Of a stretch of 64,000 nt of DNA, positions 10,660-24,040 are shown in pieces. Where the stretch lies: NCBI RefSeq assembly GCF_006345805.1, contig NC_043008.1:19034001-19098000 (forward strand). Direction: 5' to 3'. This stretch comes from Octopus sinensis (lineage: Eukaryota). The position numbers were made by a program, and so were the translations under genes. A model generated the notes under the pieces. That model saw only the letters and a list, made by a program, of their open reading frames with translations. It searched no databases and was not told the DNA's origin. The number at the start of each line of letters is the position of its first letter. Position 1 is the stretch's first letter.

Positions 10660-11660
10660 TTTTTTTTCTTCTTTCAAATTTGCTTCCATTTCTTGCCGAG
10701 TGTCTTCCCGACTCCTAGGGCAAAGAAACTCATAGTATACATTGGTAGGCCATTAAACCAAACTCAGTAGTTCGTTAATTTTTTTTTTTTTTTTAAAGTT
10801 AAATTAAAATACATGAGCAGCAACAGTTCTCACATCGACAATGCTCTTCTCAATACGTGTGATGTACCAGTTAAGACAATCTTTTGCACTTCTTGCAGGG
10901 ATGGTAAGCCAGGGACATATAATTTTCGGTTCCCTTCTTGATCATTCCTAGTGCTCCTACGATCACTGAGTATTGTAACCGCCTTGAGATGCCACATTTT
11001 CTCAATTTCAATGAGTAGGTCTTTATATTTTCTGAGCTTGTCAAACTCTTTCGCTGAGATATTATGATCACAGGGGATGCTCATGTCGATCAATAAGCAA
11101 ACTTTATTGTTTTGGTCTTTCACACAATATCTGGTTTATTGGCCTTGATGGTTCGGTCTGTATGTACTGGAAAGTCCCACAGAATGGTTACATTTTCTCC
11201 TTCAGTTACAGCCTCAGGGTGGTGATTATACCACTTGTCGGCAGTTTTGATATTGTAATGCCGACTTATTAGCCAGTGGAGATATTGGCCAACTCTGTCA
11301 TGTCTTAATTTATACTCCACTGGTGCTAAGACTTTACATCCAGAGATTAGGTGGTCCACTGTTTCAATCATGTCGTTGCAGAATCGGCATTTTGGGTCTG
11401 CTCCATTTTTCATCACATTGGCCTGGTAGTTCCAGGTTAATAGGCTTTGATCTTGAGCAGCCAGGATGAAACCTTCGCTCTCTGCTTTTAGCCCTGAGCT
11501 CCGTAGCCACTGATGGGTTTGCTTCTGGTCAACATCAGCTTGTTTGCTGCGGGTCACATATTTGCCGTGCAGAGGTTTCTCCTCCCACCTATCAGCCAAT
11601 TGCTCGTGCGCTTTTTTCATTGCCATCATTTTCACCTTCTTTGCAACAATAGTTGCCGTA
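10660..11660 (-). mobile_element. 5'-truncated Dong/R4-clade non-LTR retrotransposon (CCHC, RLE endonuclease, 3' UTR)
   Basis: CRFCNDMIETVDHLISGC, YKLRHDRV, ANKPDIV..LIDMSIP..K..KY; flanked by (TAA)n at 10594-10660 and 11661-11738. Confidence 0.92.
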
Positions 11661-11709
11661 CATTATTATTATCATTATTATTATTATTATCATTATTATT
11701 ATTATTATT

Positions 11710-11741
<32 letters not shown>

Positions 11742-11744
11742 CCA

Positions 11745-11970
11745 TATATATAATTTGACCGCGTGTGTACCGTTGGCGATTTTTTTTCCCTCCGTCTTCC
11801 CTTCTTTGGATCTTTCCTTTTCCTATGTTTCTGACGAAGAGCTCCGCTCGAAACGTTAAACCCTCCTTCTTTGCTTCTTTCCTGAGCGTCCAATAACACT
11901 ATACTTGTTCCACGTGTTCGCGTTGTTGTGTTTTCTCTTTGTGTTTTCATGTTCGGATTAACTATCTATA
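11745..11970 (+). mobile_element. Short Penelope-type repeat containing a minimal hammerhead motif
   Basis: Shares gaagagc..gctcgaaacgttaaa..ttcctgagcg with family G. Confidence 0.55.
11827..11861 (+). ncRNA. Minimal type I hammerhead ribozyme motif
   Basis: gttt-CTGACGA-A-GAGC(tcc)GCTC-GAAACGT-T-aaac: stem I 4 bp, stem II 4 bp, palindromic ACGT stem III. Confidence 0.7.
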
Positions 11971-12208
11971 ACTATAACGGGATATATCGTTAATGGTAAA
12001 TGTTTTTGATTTTCACTCTCGATGAATTTATCCCTTTTTTGTGTCCCTAGCACTTGGCATCCTTATTTGGGAGCCCTTAATTATATTTCTATATAAATAA
12101 TATTTTGTCTAATGACTAATTCGTCTTTTGTGCTGGGCCACTGGTAGTAATCTATGTTATTACCCTTTTTTGATTATATATATATATATGTATATATATA
12201 TATCCATG

Positions 12209-12241
<33 letters not shown>

Positions 12242-12789
12242 TATATATATAACACATATGTATGGTATGTATGTATGTATGTGTATGTAGTATGTATGTA
12301 TGTATATGTGCGTTATTTACTGCCGAACTCGTGATATATCAACTGACAAGTGATGAAGAGGCACACCTTACCACTTACCCACAAGATCTAGAGTGTTATC
12401 TACTTCATATTTTCTGCATATCTTATCAATTTGAAGTATCTATATCCGCATGGGGAACAAAGTTGTTATTGAAACTGTCTAGCCCTTGCTTGCTGGGAAT
12501 CGCGCTACAGTTTATAGTGATGGTGCTTTGTGTGATATACTAAACATTTTGTGCTCGCCACCGTTTAGATTTCGGTTGTGGCCACAACTGACGTAGGTAA
12601 CATCAATTCGGTAGGAGCGGGACATTTGCTCTTTCTTTACATTTATTGTTGAATGTGTGCATTCCAGCAGAATTTTGGGGGCTAATGAAGGTATTCATAC
12701 TGCAGCTAGTTCTGTGTAAATGTGTTCCTTTGTATTTGTCTGGGCTGCATTAATGGGGTTATTGGTTCTAGGAACTTAACAGGAATCTC

Positions 12790-13850
12790 CAAAGAGTTTT
12801 GCTGAAATACAATCGTCATCGTGGACATTACTTTAGACATCAAGACAGTCAAGTACTAACCCTTCAGAAAGAGAAACGAGGAGATGCCTATATTCATAGG
12901 AATTTAAATCGTTGCCGCCCTTCACTTTAGTTTGAAACTCGGTTGACAGCTTCAGTAGAGGAATCTCTAATTTATCCTCAGTCAGAAATATAGTCAACAA
13001 TTCTGCATTCTCTTACGAGACTGTTAGTGGCGAGAGGTTCTGGTGAAAAATTAGTGCTTATGGACGATCCCCGCACTCGCATCCAAAACAGAAATGTTAA
13101 GATTAGAAAATAAAAAAACTGATTTAATAATCCATTCACCTTAAATGTCTCCAGAAATATAACCAGGAACTTGTTTTCTCTATTTAGGAAGCACATCCGA
13201 AACATAAATACCACAGGATATGTAATATGCATAACGTTAAGTTTAGTTATCCTTGCCAAGACAATATCCCTTCGAACATCACGTCAAACCACACTACAAC
13301 AGAAAGAATAAACACTGATAGAGGTTTTACCCCATGTAACAACTTGCACATGTGGAAATCAATCCATTGTCCCCTGAAGGGATTCTGCCTTTCCAACGCA
13401 GTAATCTATAGGGCGACACTTCTCACCACCTGACGATATCCTGAGGTATTACACAGAACTTTAAGGAAATATTTGCTCAGCATATAAACTCCTTCAAACC
13501 CACAGACAGCGAAATCTCCACCCTTTTGTCCTGTTTAATCTAAAATTTCCGAGGTCAAGGAAATAACCTGCCTAGAATAACCTGCAATGTTTATGATCAG
13601 GTCTTTCATTACTCTCCCTTGCACGCAATTCGTGTTTTTGTTTCTATGAAAAACTGCACATATTACAACAACCAAACAATATTCTCTTAACAAGAACGCA
13701 GAACAACTGCTACCAGCAGAGCCATTAGTTATTAACACAATTTCATAAATTTGATTTTAAAAACCTTTAAAAACAATCTTTAAATTTAATAAAACTGCTA
13801 ACAAAAGCAAAAAGAAACTACTGTTATCTATATTGCAACGAAGATGTCTT
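12790..13850 (+). mobile_element. Decayed Penelope-like element, RT C-terminus to GIY-YIG region
   Basis: Fragments VDITLDIKT..PFRK..YIHRN, FNNPFTLNVSRNI..LFRKH, NVKFSYPCQDNI, CPLKGFCLSNAVIYRATL, EKLHI..LLNK match PLE protein motifs; many stops and frameshifts. Confidence 0.75.
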
Positions 13851-13939
13851 CCAATCAACACTCGGCCATCAATCGTTTCACACTTATACACTTTTCATAC
13901 TTATATTTAATTATATTATTATCATTATTATTGTTATTA

Positions 13940-14430
13940 TTCTATGTTGACTTTTGCTTTACATTTGTACAAGTTGGCTCCAAGTCTCACCCAGAGACCT
14001 CAAGAGGCAACAGGTTGGAAGTTCATGTTGTTGTTATGCCTAGTGTGCCATATATTTGGTTTTGTATTTAGTGTTGTACTAGTGAATGTCTAATACATAA
14101 ATAAAATTTTTTAAATAATTTTTTTTTTTAAACCATACGGAAATTATGTTTGTTTTAAAACTTGAGATTACATAGAAAGTATTTTGCGTAGGATATGAGC
14201 AGTTCCCATGAGCACTATCTTTTGAATTTCTGCCATTTTGGGGTTTCCTGGTATCTGAGTTAGGTAGCAATCAGCCCCTTTTGCTATCATTCCCAGGGCA
14301 CCAATGACAACACGTATTGTTTTAGTCTTCAGGTTCCACATTTTGCTGATTTCTATTTCAAGATCTTTATATTTGCTCAGTTTTTGGTAGGTCTTGACAG
14401 ATACGTTTATATCGATTGGGACAGTCATAT
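13940..14430 (-). mobile_element. 5'-truncated Dong/R4 copy, same subfamily as 41017-45020, inserted in (TAA)n inside the PLE
   Basis: [38 protein letters not shown] nearly identical to the 41.2-41.5 kb ORF end; TAA repeats on both sides. Confidence 0.93.
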
Positions 14431-14826
14431 TATTATTATCATTATTGTTATTATTATTATTATTATTTGTTCTTGCTAGTATCAGGCTTTACAATAGTTT
14501 TCTTTTTTATTCGCTATCATTTACAATATATTTTCTACTTTCTCATTCATTCTTCACTATATTCTCATTAACGTATTCCTTTTTCTTTTCTCTTTCTTTC
14601 TTTTTTAGATTTGCTTTATTTATACCAGCAAATGAATTAATCAATATTCACTATTAAGTGTTATCTTTATGTAATTATACATTTGCAATGCATTTTTTAA
14701 ATCTTATTAAATACAGACAGTAAACTTCACAATATGCCACGCACAATTATAATATATATATATATATTCGATTTTTAATAAATCATTTAACCCACCTTCT
14801 TTTAAAGTTTTAACCTTGGGATTCTA

Positions 14827-14918
14827 TTAACTCTGATGAGAGAAGTATAGAGTATTGCTTTGGTTGGAGTTATCTCGCCCATAGCAACCTGTATCTTTTC
14901 GAAACGGCCGTAAGACTC
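14827..14918 (+). ncRNA. Hammerhead ribozyme motif with an extended stem II, in the putative PLE pseudo-LTR
   Basis: CTGATGA-GAGAAG...CTTTTC-GAA-ACGGCCGT-A: intact core, palindromic stem III, GUA cleavage triplet; stem I only 2 bp. Confidence 0.6.
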
Positions 14919-15265
14919 TATACATAGGTTTTATGCATGCGACAGATTCCTTATGAATCATCTTACATTCGCTTTATCATCCACTTCATTGATTCAAATT
15001 CGAACATTCGGACTTCGCAAGTAAATTTATGGACTTATATTTTTCTATATTTATATTTATGAATTTTTATGTGTTTATAAATTTTTATATGTCTATGAAT
15101 TTTTATATATTTATAAATTTTCGTGTATATGTATGTATTTATAAATTCTTAGAAATTTTTTATATATCATATAGCTGAATGCATCTATACATGTAGCTTG
15201 TATACCATTGAGAATTTCGCTAATATGGGTTGAATGAATATATATATATATATATATATAATATA

Positions 15266-15303
<38 letters not shown>

Positions 15304-15555
15304 TTGAATTTGTTTTCTCTCCTCCTTAATGTTATTATTTTTATTAACCATGTATTACTGAAAATGCATTCATATATAAAGTACAGAACTGGGAATGGTA
15401 ATTATTGGTTTAGTCTAGAGACAAGTAAATTCGACTTAAGTCGTGTCTCCTAGAACGAATTAACGATGTACGGTGAGGAATACCTATACATAAAATATAT
15501 ATATACATATACATATATATATATATAATATAATAAATATATCTATATATATATA

Positions 15556-15589
<34 letters not shown>

Positions 15590-15979
15590 TCTTTTTATTT
15601 GTTTCAGTCTTTGACTACGGCCATGCTAGAGCACCACCTTTATTTGAATAAATCGATTCCAGCTTATTCTTTGAAAGTCTTATACTTTTTCTATCGGTCT
15701 CTTTCGCCGAACTGCTAAGCTAGGGGACGCAAACATCGGTTGTCAAGCGATGGGGGAGTTACAAACACAGACACACAAATATATACATACACACACACAT
15801 GTATGTATGTATATATATATATACGACGGGCTTCTTTCCGTCTACCAAATCCACTCACAAGGCTTTGTCGGCCTGAGGTTATAGTAGAAGACACTTGCCC
15901 AAGGTACCACGCAACGGGACTGACTGAACCCGAAACCATGTGGTTGGGAAGCAAGATTCTTACCACAGTTACATATACA

Positions 15980-16138
15980 TATATATATATAATATACATA
16001 CTATATATATATATATATATATATATTACATACATACATATATATATATATGTACATATATATAATATATATATATATATTACTATATATATATATGTAC
16101 ATATATATATATATTATATATATATACATATAGATATA

Positions 16139-16197
<59 letters not shown>

Positions 16198-16227
16198 CCA
16201 TATATATATATATATCATATATATATA

Positions 16228-16278
<51 letters not shown>

Positions 16279-16929
16279 TATATACATAATATAGTACATA
16301 TATATATATAATATATATATATCCATAATATATACAATATATATATATATATACATAATATATATACATATATATATATATTATATACATATATATATTA
16401 TAGTATACATATATTATATATATATATAACATATATATATATATATATATACATATATTATATATATACATATACATATATATAATATATACATATACAT
16501 ATCATATATATATATACATATATACATATATCATATATATATATATTAATATATACATATATATATATATATAACATATATAATATATATACATCTATAT
16601 ATATATATATATACATATTATATAAATATATATAACTATATATATATATATACATCAGACATATATATATATTATATACATAGATATATTATATATAACA
16701 TATATAGAATATATATATAATATACATATAATAGAGATATATACATATATATATATATTACATATATAGATATATATATATATATATATATAGATATATA
16801 ACTATATATCTATATATAGATATATATACATATAATATATCACATATATATATATATATATCATATATATAACATATCAGATATATTATATATATATATA
16901 CATATATTATATTTATATATACATATAAG

Positions 16930-16971
<42 letters not shown>

Positions 16972-17116
16972 ATATATATATATATACATACTATATATAT
17001 ATATATATATACTATATATATATATATATAATATATATATACATATATATCAGATATATACATATATATATATATATATATACAATATATATATATATAC
17101 TATATATATATTAACA

Positions 17117-17170
<54 letters not shown>

Positions 17171-17303
17171 TAATATATATATAATATATCTATATATAAT
17201 AGATAATATAGATATATATATATATACATATAATAATATATATATATATACATATATAATAATATATTATATCTATATATATATATATATAATATATATA
17301 GAC

Positions 17304-17340
<37 letters not shown>

Positions 17341-17391
17341 CATATATATATATAATATACATAATATATAATATATATATATATAATATCT

Positions 17392-17425
<34 letters not shown>

Positions 17426-17488
17426 ATATAGATATATCATATAAGAAAAACAGGATATATATATACATATATATATAAATATATAAAC

Positions 17489-17528
<40 letters not shown>

Positions 17529-17850
17529 ATAAATAGAACTAAATATATATATATAATAATATATATATATAATTACAAGATAAATATATATATAATATAT
17601 ATATAAATAAAAATAAAAATATAATAGAAAAATATAAACTATATATATATATAATATATAGAGACATATATATATATATATATATATATTACAATATAAT
17701 ATATCTATATATATATGTATTTATACATATACTGCGCCATATAATATAGTATATATATATATATATATATATGTTATATATATAATATATAGTATATATA
17801 CATATATATAATATATCCATATATATATACAGAGAGAGAGAGAGAGAGAG
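15980..17850. repeat. ~1.9-kb degenerate (TA)n array ending in (GA)n
   Basis: Directly visible. Confidence 0.97.
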
Positions 17851-18961
17851 AGAGAAAATAAATAAAGCTGAAGGCATATCATATGAAAATATATTTATTT
17901 ATATATGCATGTATAAATCACCGCTACCACCACCCTCTCATCTCATCATCATCATCGTCATCATTATCATCATCATCATCATCATCCTTGCCGTCGTCGT
18001 CGTCATCACAATCTTAGAGTCCGTTTTACAGTGCTGGCATGGGTTGGCTGGGAGCTATAACAAGTACCCCGTTCGTCGGCTGACACCAGTCATGTTCGGT
18101 GTCAATAACGAACCGGTTTCATTTTACCAAACAATTTTGTTTTTGTTTTTTTTTTTAATAATAATAAAAAAAAAAGGAAGAAACTAAACAAGCACACACA
18201 TATATAAATAAATATAAATAAATATTTACAGATATATAATAGGCATATACATATACATACACGTACAAATACTCATATAAACTATATTAACAAATGCACA
18301 CACATGCAAACACGCATACATATATGTATATAACTACTTCAATATAGTTCATTTCATCAAAATGATAATGTAAATCTGTAAAATTGTAAGACAAAGTAAA
18401 ATGGGAAGTTGTGACAAGCATGCCTTGTTCTTTGAGAGCTTTAGAGTAGTCTAAACAAAAGCAATTCTAAGAAATAAAATGGTTTCAAATTTTCGCACAA
18501 GGCCCACAATTTTAGGGGATTTGGGACTAGGTGCTTACGTTGACTCCCATTGCTTAACTAGTATCTATTTTATCAACCCACAATAGGATGAAAGGAAAAA
18601 ATGAACCCTAATGACATTTGACCCCAGAACGGAAACGGCCCACAAGAAATGCCACAAAGCATTTTATCTAATGTGGTAATGGTTCTGCCAGTTCAACGCA
18701 TCAATAATAATCCTTTCTATTATAGGGCTTCTTTCAGTTTCCGTCTACCAAATCCACTCACAAGGCTTTGGTCAGCCCGTGGCTATAGTAGAAGACACTT
18801 GCCCAAGTTGCCACGCAGTGGAACAGAACCCGGAACCATGTGATTCGTAACTCATAAATATATATACATATACACATGTATATACGTATGTATATATATA
18901 TAGTCTACTATAGGCCTGAAAGTTGGGAGAGGGTATAGTCAATTACATCGACCCCTGTACT

Positions 18962-19160
18962 CATCGTCATCATCATCGTCATCATCGTTTAACGTCTGCT
19001 TTATGCTAGCATGGGTTGGACGATTTTGACTGAGGGCTGGCGAACCAGATGGCTGCACCAGGCTTCAATCTTGATCTTGCAGAGTTTCTACAGCTGGATG
19101 CCCTTCCTAACGCCAACCACTCCGAGAGTGTAGTGGATGCTTTTTACGTGCCACTGGCAC
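18962..19160 (-). mobile_element. SINE-like family D with a (GAT)n tail. Other copies at about 26727-27150(-), 29757-30000(-), 47057-47370(-), 53305-53600(-), 56560-56770(-), 59815-60118(+), 63250-63580(+)
   Basis: Shared core gcatgggttggacg..gatgcccttcctaatgccaaccact and a catcat terminus. Confidence 0.85.
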
Positions 19161-19189
19161 GTAATCATCAAGAGATGATTTTTTTTTTT

Positions 19190-19480
19190 TAATGAGAATA
19201 TCTGAAATAAACTCGACTGCTCTCACAGATGAGAATACTAAAAAATGAACCTGATCGCTCTCAAAAATTAAGTAAAAAAAACAGGAAAAGTAATCTCGAA
19301 TCTTTGTCCAGTACCGGATCAGTGCCAAAATCTAATCAGTTCATGCTAGTTCCAAGACCAAACATCCCTGAAAGTTTCATCCAAATACATCCAGCGGTTT
19401 TGGAGATATCATGTCCTCAGACAAACAAATGTGACTGAAAACAATACTCCGCCTTCGCTAATGCAGAAGTAATAATAATA
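19190..19480 (+). mobile_element. Helentron/DINE-1-like non-autonomous element (second copy 26030-26330)
   Basis: Two homologous ~290-bp copies, each with an (ACAA)n microsatellite and a subterminal cttcgctaa.gc.gaag hairpin. Confidence 0.6.
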
Positions 19481-19629
19481 ATAATAGTAATATCATCTTT
19501 CCTTTTTCCCCTTTATTTTCGGGGGGGGGGGGTCAACTTTTCTTTTTGTCCTTCTTTCCTTTTTCTCCCTGTCTTTCTTCCCCTTCTGTTTTTTTTTCTA
19601 TTTCATGACTCTGTAAATGAATGATTAGG

Positions 19630-19733
19630 TGTCTTTATTTTAATAGCCTACCAATGTATACAGTGAGTTTCTTTGCCCTAGGTGTCGGGAAGACACTCGG
19701 CAAGAAATGGAAACAAAATTGAAAGAAGACAAT

Positions 19734-19787
<54 letters not shown>

Positions 19788-19790
19788 TCT
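19630..19790 (+). mobile_element. Dong 3' UTR-only fragment with a (TAA)n tail
   Basis: Reverse complement of 10660-10770, followed by (AAT)n at 19731-19788. Confidence 0.85.
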
Positions 19791-19794
19791 TCTA

Positions 19795-20170
19795 CTATAG
19801 GCACAAGGCCTGGAATCTTTGGGGGAAGTGGGGGCTTGTCAATTATATCGACCCCTGTGTTACTCTGTTAATTATTTCATTGAGCCCAGAAAGAGCATTT
19901 TGCCCAACGTGCTAGCGATTCTGCTCACTCATTGCCTTAGTAATTATTTCAAAATTTTTTCCACAAGGGCAGCTTAGGGGAAGAGAGGACGAGTCGATTA
20001 CATCGACTACCCCACCCCTAGAACTCAACTGGTACTTATTTTATTGACCCCGAAAGGATGAAAGGCAAGGTCAAGCTCAATGGAATTTGAACTCAGAATG
20101 TGGTAACAGGCAAAATACTGCTAACCATTTTGTCCAGCAAGCTGACAATTCTGACAACTCGCTGCCTTAA
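19795..20170 (-). mobile_element. SINE family A, two partial or diverged copies
   Basis: gcacaaggcc tail, atcgacccc, gaatttgaactcag. Confidence 0.75.
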
Positions 20171-20670
20171 GACATTGCCTTAATAATAACAAATTAAAGA
20201 AAAATAAAAACCAAATCTGTAACTTGTACAGGATCTGTGTGTGCATGGTTGTGTATGTGTATGTATGTGTGTGTGTGTGTGATCCCGTGAGCATGAAAAT
20301 GACTGCTATTCAAAATAAAGTTTCAAGCAGTGACATGAGCTTTCAATGAGGTAAATATCCCAAATATATTTTTGCATGGGAGTAAACAGGATTAAGGGAC
20401 AAAAGTACATTAAGCAGGGAGTACGGAAATAACAGAGGGAAAAGTACGAATCACCACCGTATTCTTTCTTGATCTTTCATTTGTCTCACTCATTTGACTA
20501 CGCCCATACTGGAGCACACCCTGCCCTAGCATTAATTGTAGTTCACTACCAATAAAACAGTTAATAATTTTAGGGGATTTCTTTGAGTTTAATTTTTTTC
20601 AGTTATATTATTAGTTTTCATTCAAGGTTGCTTTATGGTATTTGTCTTCGGTTTTATAAGGGGTTAGGGT

Positions 20671-20702
<32 letters not shown>

Positions 20703-21372
20703 ATATATATATAGTGTATGTATATATATAATATATATATATATATATAAGTGTATGTATATAATAAATATATATATATATATATAGTGTATGTAATATA
20801 TAAATATATATTATATATATATATATATATATAATATATATATATATATATAAATAGTAGGGAATACAATTCAAACTTACAGGAAAAGTTCAATTTAGCA
20901 ATTCTAAATCAAATTTCACAATATATAATATAGTATAAATTAAGAGAACTAACAAAAAATTTAAATATACTATAATAAATATTATTCAAATAATATTTAT
21001 TATAGTATATTTAATTTTTTTCTATATGACATAGATAATGTCTTTCACTATTGAATTACTTAATAGAGCTTATTTCTCTTAATTATATATATATATATAT
21101 ATACACACCATTATATATACACTTGTGTATATGTATATATATATAGATATATATATATGCACAAATAAAGATCTTAAACTGTTAGCCCTTAAGTCACTTT
21201 TGTAACTCTTAACTGATAAAAAACTATATATACATATATATACAAACATACATGCATACATACAAATATATATATGCAAATTAGGGACTCCTCCATAGAG
21301 TAACTGCTGCATTTGTTGAGTATATAAACAGTTTGGCTGACTGTTTCTCTGGAGATTGTCAGAATGATGTAG

Positions 21373-21420
21373 ACACCTCTGATGAGAACCCAATAAGGTT
21401 TGCAAATCGATTGAGGTTGT
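21373..21420 (+). ncRNA. Degenerate hammerhead-like motif
   Basis: acacct-CTGATGA-GAACC(caataa)GGTTT-GCAA-ATCGAT-t-gaggt; the GAAA core carries a C insertion. Confidence 0.4.
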
Positions 21421-21492
21421 TCATCATCTTTTTAAGCCTGAGGAGAAATGGCTAAAATTTGCCCTGTTTATAATTACTTACACCATATGTTA

Positions 21493-21535
<43 letters not shown>

Positions 21536-21636
21536 CATATATATATATATATATAATATATATGTATATATACACATATATAATATGTATATATATACAT
21601 ACACATATACACACACACACATATATTATATATATA

Positions 21637-21669
<33 letters not shown>

Positions 21670-22216
21670 TTGATAATTATTAAGAGAAATTGTTTCCAAT
21701 GAAAGAAAAGCCAAAAGTGAAATCAATAGAATGTGCATTGATTGACATTTTGGTTTCATCTTCATAATTCTTTCCATGTCTATGATAATCCTCTCCTCAG
21801 ACAGTCTGCACAAACCCCTAATCAGATAGCAGCAGATTTGGGTGTCTTGAAGAATGAGAAGTTGGTGGGGCAGGGGAAAGAGAGAGAAAAAGAGAAAGAG
21901 AAAGTGAAAGACTAGGAGAGAAACGGAGGGGGAAGAACTATTGAAAGAGAGATGTGTATGACTCCAAGAGAGAGGAGGAGAGAATGAGAAAGGAAGAGGA
22001 AAGAGAAAGAGAGATCAAAGAAAGGGTGAGAGCTGATGAGAGAGTGAGAGGTAGATTATAACATGACAAATGGAGGGTGAGAAGTAATGAAAGAGAGAAA
22101 GAGAGGCTTAGACAAAATGAAGAGAATGAGAGAGAAACAGAGAGAGAGAGAGAAGGGATGTATTAAAGGAGTTGTAAAGTAATGAGAGACAATCCTTCTG
22201 AAAAAAGACAACTTAA

Positions 22217-22437
22217 CTCTTTTGAAGCCAACCCAGCTGAAATTGCCTCTGGCCCTATAGTATAAATGTCTGGTTTCCGCAAGTTTTGAATTAAAATCTT
22301 CACCAAACCTTAGTCAAAATTTATGTCCCTAAAACTAGTTAATTGATAACGAAGTTATTTTACTAAATTTTTTGTTATATTTAAAATTAATGGAAAGAAA
22401 CTCAGAGTATCGCAAAAGTAAAATGGTAACAAAAGGG
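22217..22437. mobile_element. piggyBac-like MITE
   Basis: TTAA|CTCTTTTG ... CAAAAGGG|TTAA: TTAA duplication and short TIRs. Related termini at about 26622-26720 and 60290-60480. Confidence 0.65.
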
Positions 22438-22670
22438 TTAAGAGATGAAATAACAGAGTGTGATATAAAGAGGAAGAAAGGGGGCTAGATTTAAAAAAAA
22501 AAAAAGGTAGATTTAAGGAGAGCTAAGGTAAGAGAGTGATGTGGTTGGGGGGTGAAATTGAATGCTTGGGAGAGCATTCGCTTGGTAACCTGATCAGGTT
22601 TGGGCTTGAAATCAAATATGACAAAGTTGCTACAAAGTCGCTTCACTGAAAAATCTTCCTCAAATCTTCC

Positions 22671-22747
22671 TCACATCCTCTCAATATAATTCAATGGGAA
22701 CAAACCGATTCGACCTCGGAGTTTCCCTTTCCACCAACCACAAGGAT
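22671..22747 (-). CDS. Myo1e: Myo1e last coding exon, SH3 C-half and stop
   Basis: ttgcag acceptor; [28 protein letters not shown]. Confidence 0.97.
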
Positions 22748-24002
22748 CTGCAACAGAAAAACAAATAAAGATGTAAATATTTGTGTGTGTGTGTGTGTTC
22801 TTATATGTATGTATGTATGTAATCTATGTATGTAATATTTATATATGTAATCTGCCTAGATGTAATCTTGGCAGATTTTAATAACATGCCTTGTGTCTCC
22901 AGGCAACCTTTAAGCTCTGAGCACATGATCTATTCAATTTACAAGTCAGAACAGTAGAACATGAGAAATCATGAGAAAAAAAAATGAGAAGGTAGTTGTA
23001 AAAAATGGAAGAGGTAGGAAATTAGAAAAAGAAAAGAAAAACAAAAGAAGAAAATTACAGTTACATGCCCCTTGACCATAAAGCCATAATAAAGCTAGTA
23101 GGTTTAGAATGATTCAGAGGAGAGTTGTTTAAAATCTGTGAGACAGCTGCTCAATCCGGAGTGGGAGGTGTGCTCCAATTCACCAAAAGAAATTTATCTG
23201 TATGTATACATTTGCTAAAAATTTCTGATCTGTAATTCAGTAGATTGATGGAATTCTTAAATCAAAAAAGAATATGTGATCTTTCAGCTGCATATAAGTT
23301 GCAGTTCTTAGACCCATTAACATATGGCATGGATTTCTCTACCATTTTCCACTTCATTGAATGTGGTGTGGAGTTTGTCTTCAAACTTCATACATGGCAA
23401 GCCATATTAGTGTCTTTCTTTTTGCTAATAAACCAGAAAGAACAGAGGTTGCTAGCATAACATTTTCTGAAATCACCTTCACATAACTTAATGTGATTCT
23501 TTTGTTTGCTTAGATTATCTTGAAGCATTACTGTGACTTCTACTTCATAGACAACAGAGTTTTTCATACACACCTGGTCAAGTGGACAAACCTATGAGTC
23601 TCAACAGTTACAACTCACATACCAGTAAATAGTTTTTACATTATATATAATCATAAGCTGGCAATTCAGTGCATCCCTAGTTTCATTTCAGTATGTGATG
23701 TTGATAAGCCACAAAAATTGTGAAACATAAGTATCCATCACTCCTAAATGGGATTAGGGGTAAGTTGTCTCACTTGTCTGTGGTGTTCAGGTGTGTTAAC
23801 ACCCAATGCAATGAAAGAGTCATCCTACAGGTGCTTTACTGTAGCAAACCGGTAAACAAACAAAATACGTATACTGAATATGTGTGATCAATAATGTAAA
23901 CTACACTAGTAGAGTTTCTGATTCATTGCTGAAGATATATATATATGTATATGTTATATATATATATATTAAATATATATGTGTGTGTATATATAATATA
24001 TA

Positions 24003-24040
<38 letters not shown>

